64,000 nucleotides of DNA, taken from NCBI RefSeq assembly GCF_009914755.1, contig NC_060926.1; one strand, 5' to 3'. This document shows positions 60,464-64,000 of this stretch, in pieces. Both the position numbers and the translations under genes were made by a program. The stretch is from the human T2T-CHM13v2.0 reference genome, Homo sapiens. The notes beneath the pieces were generated by a model, which did no database searches, was not told the DNA's origin, and worked only from the letters and a program-made list of their open reading frames with translations. Within the stretch, counting starts at the first letter, position 1. Each line of letters opens with the position of its first letter.

Positions 60464-61821
60464 CGTAGCAGGCACTGTCAATACCCTGCTCATTGGCCAC
60501 TTAACCTCTATACACCACACACTGCAAACACTTGTACAAACACTGCAGACACTTTTGTTCCCAGACCAAAATGAGAGTCAGGCTACCATTTCTCATGGCC
60601 CAATAACAAGATGCAGATGAACTGGAGAGGAAAAGAGTTTTTTATTTCTGTAACCGGTTACAGGGAGAAGGCCTGGAAAATATCGCCAGACCAACTCAAA
60701 TTACAAAGTTTTCCAGAGCTTATATACCCTCTAAGCTACATGTCTACGTGTCAGTGTGCACTCATCTAAAGACGTAAGTGATTAACTTCTTTTCATCTGT
60801 AACTAAGGTCTGAGTCCTGAAGACCTTCTCCTGGAGCCTCAGTAAGTTTATTTAATCTAAATGGGTCCAGGTGCTGGGGTGATTACCCTTATCTTGTCTC
60901 CTGCTAAATCATAAAGGTTTGGGGAGCTCCTTTAGACCCCGATAAACTTGTTTGTGGAGGCCTGGGGAGTTTCTTCAGACCCCCCAGTAAAACTTGTTTA
61001 ATCCTAAACGGGTCCTGTTAAGAATTCCTTCATTATCTTGTCATGCTTCAAGGTCCAGGAAAGGCCTAGGCAAACTCTTGGTGGACTTTTGTGACATTCC
61101 AGCCTTTGTATAAGGGCACTGGCTCGATCAGCTTTTCATGTTTAACGGAGCTACTGAGTCAGTGCTGGGACAGCTGTAATGGAGGCCTGCGTTAGTGAGA
61201 CCCGGCCTACCACACTTTGTCTATACATCAAAAATGACAAACACTTATGGCTCTCTGCTTGAGATTTTTCCCTGACCCTAGGAGCCTGCTCATCTCCCCA
61301 GTGAACATCAGAAACACCCGAAGGGAATGCCCCAGAAGTGCCCTCCAGCCAGGGACAGATGGGGGGGCCAGGGGAAAAATACCCCAACTTCCTCACCCCT
61401 TGATAGAAATAACTCTGTGGTGTGTCTACACTGTCTCCCAGAATCCCCCAGCAGGACAACTGCAATTCCCCTGTCTTCATAAATAAGCTCTATCTGGGCA
61501 GTGGGCAAGAAGAACCTATTGGGCTCCCACAGGAGCACTGGTCCCTGACCAACATTTTTAAACTAGCAAGTACCACCCAGATTTAAGAGATAGTCTGTGT
61601 TTCTTTTCTGACTCCTGCTCCCTCCTTTCCCCACGCTATTCTAAGCTCCAGTTGCCCACAGTAGCAGCTTGCTTGATAATTAATTCTGTATTATCTTCCT
61701 TCCCATTCCTGTTTCACCTCCTCACTCCTCTATGGGTACTTCCCGATCACCTCCCAAATAAAATACTTGCATTCAAATTCTTCTCTCAGAGTTTGCTGCA
61801 GGGGAGACACAAACTAAGTCA
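60464..61821 (+). mobile_element. ERVL LTR16-like element split by LTR15 and by a templated insertion
   Basis: CCCCAGCAGGA // CTCCAGTTGCCCACAG...GATCACCTCCCAAATAAAATACTTGCATTCAAAT...AAACTAAGTCA. Confidence 0.7.
60556..61214 (-). mobile_element. ERV1 solo LTR (LTR15-like)
   Basis: TG...CA termini, 4-bp TSD CTTT (60552-55, 61215-18); minus strand has TATATAA and AATAAA and starts TGTGGTAGGCCGGGTCTCACTAACGCAGGCC. Confidence 0.85.
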
Positions 61822-62517
61822 ACAGGTATATCACAGAGGCATATGTGCATCGATATTCAAACCAGAAGGGCTTTCACAGACCATTTAGTCCACTTTCAGC
61901 ATTTAGAGATAAGGAACTGAGGTCCAGGGAATGCCGAGTTAGTGGCAGAGTCAATGGCAACAATGAAAACTGACAGCATGGTAAGAAGCTGATGAAAATG
62001 TATAAGGAATGGCAGCAGAAGCGAAAGGCACAGGAGCCTGCTAAGGTTAAGGAGTTGGCTAAGGTCGACTATGTTTATGTTTGAGTTACATGTAAATATA
62101 CAGGTAATTTTGTAATTATAATTTCAGTAAATGAATTAGTTATTTTCCTCTTGATGATTTCAATCAATCCATTACTGTACCAAACTACCAGCTTCAGAAA
62201 ATCATCGCTCATACATAAAGAGAGGAACAACAAAGAGCAGCTGGTTTATTTGCAGGACCGTGGGGCATTGCAGAAAGGCTGTTCGAATGTGATGGAAGGG
62301 AATTCAGCAAAGGATCAGAAGGGACTCACTCGCATCCACTTCTCCCAGCCACGGTCCACTGCTCATCCCCCAGGCTGTGAGAGGACGTGGATCCATGGTG
62401 TTAACACACACTGCAGGAGGAGCCCCTTGCAGCTGTCTCTGAACTAAGAATATTTCCACTATGAAACTCACAACAGATCCAAATGCTGTTAGAGTCTGCA
62501 TGAAGTGCCAGAAGGAG

Positions 62518-63572
<1,055 letters not shown>

Positions 63573-63599
63573 GGAGCCCTGGTTCCCTGACCAATAAAT

Positions 63600-63740
63600 C
63601 TACATTGAGTTCCCAGCTGGCCATACACTAGCAGGCAAGTCACCTAACCTCACTGAGCCATTGTTTTTCCATCTGGAAAATGCAATAATACTTGATCTGC
63701 CCACTTCACATAGTTGTAATGACAGCTACAAGTTCTAGGA
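63600..63740. mobile_element. MIR fragment
   Basis: GGCAAGTCACCTAACCTCACTGAGCC...TTTTCCATCTGGAAAATG. Confidence 0.7.
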
Positions 63741-64000
63741 GAACAGAATGTGTCCATCTCCTTCCTTATTTGAATCCCTGTGCCTTGCAGAGTCAGGCTC
63801 ATAGTAAACTCAGAGCACGTGGATGGTTACCTGATAGTTCAAATGATGCATGCAAAAGAACATTCTTAAACTAGCAAGTAACACCCAGATATAAGAGATA
63901 GTCTGTGTTTCTCTTCTGACTCCTGCTCCTTCCACTCCCCCAACTATTCTTGCTCCACCAATGCCCCTGTAACCAACCCATCCTCCAACCTAAGAGTTTT

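Noticed and set aside
63595-63860. Skipped segment as a spliced-out minus-strand intron (CT...AC on the + strand), making 61459-61650 a processed retrocopy
   Set aside because: The actual junction GACCAA|CATT does not match the CT/AC boundaries, and there is no poly(A) or TSD; microhomology explains it better.

Overview
Primate (very probably human) non-coding genomic DNA with no supportable protein-coding gene; the ORF track is Alu/L1-derived or random. The window is dominated by interspersed repeats: about 28 Alu/FLAM copies, a full-length decayed L1MA-type LINE-1 (34560-41620) inserted in a MIR, many old L1/L2/MIR fragments, several solo LTRs and DNA-transposon relics. Repeat subfamily names come from remembered consensus sequences and need a RepeatMasker/Dfam run. 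I found no evidence of a new multi-gene system. The most interesting object is a chimeric retrogene at 28893-29319: an apparently unprocessed pre-tRNA-Arg(ACG) copy, with its anticodon mutated to AAG, fused to a full-length AluS inside one target-site duplication. A near-perfect 120-bp hairpin lies about 170 bp upstream of it. Other notable items are a BC200-type retrocopy replacing part of the L1, an Alu-Alu tandem duplication with a chimeric middle Alu, several templated-insertion scars and a (GGAA)16 microsatellite.
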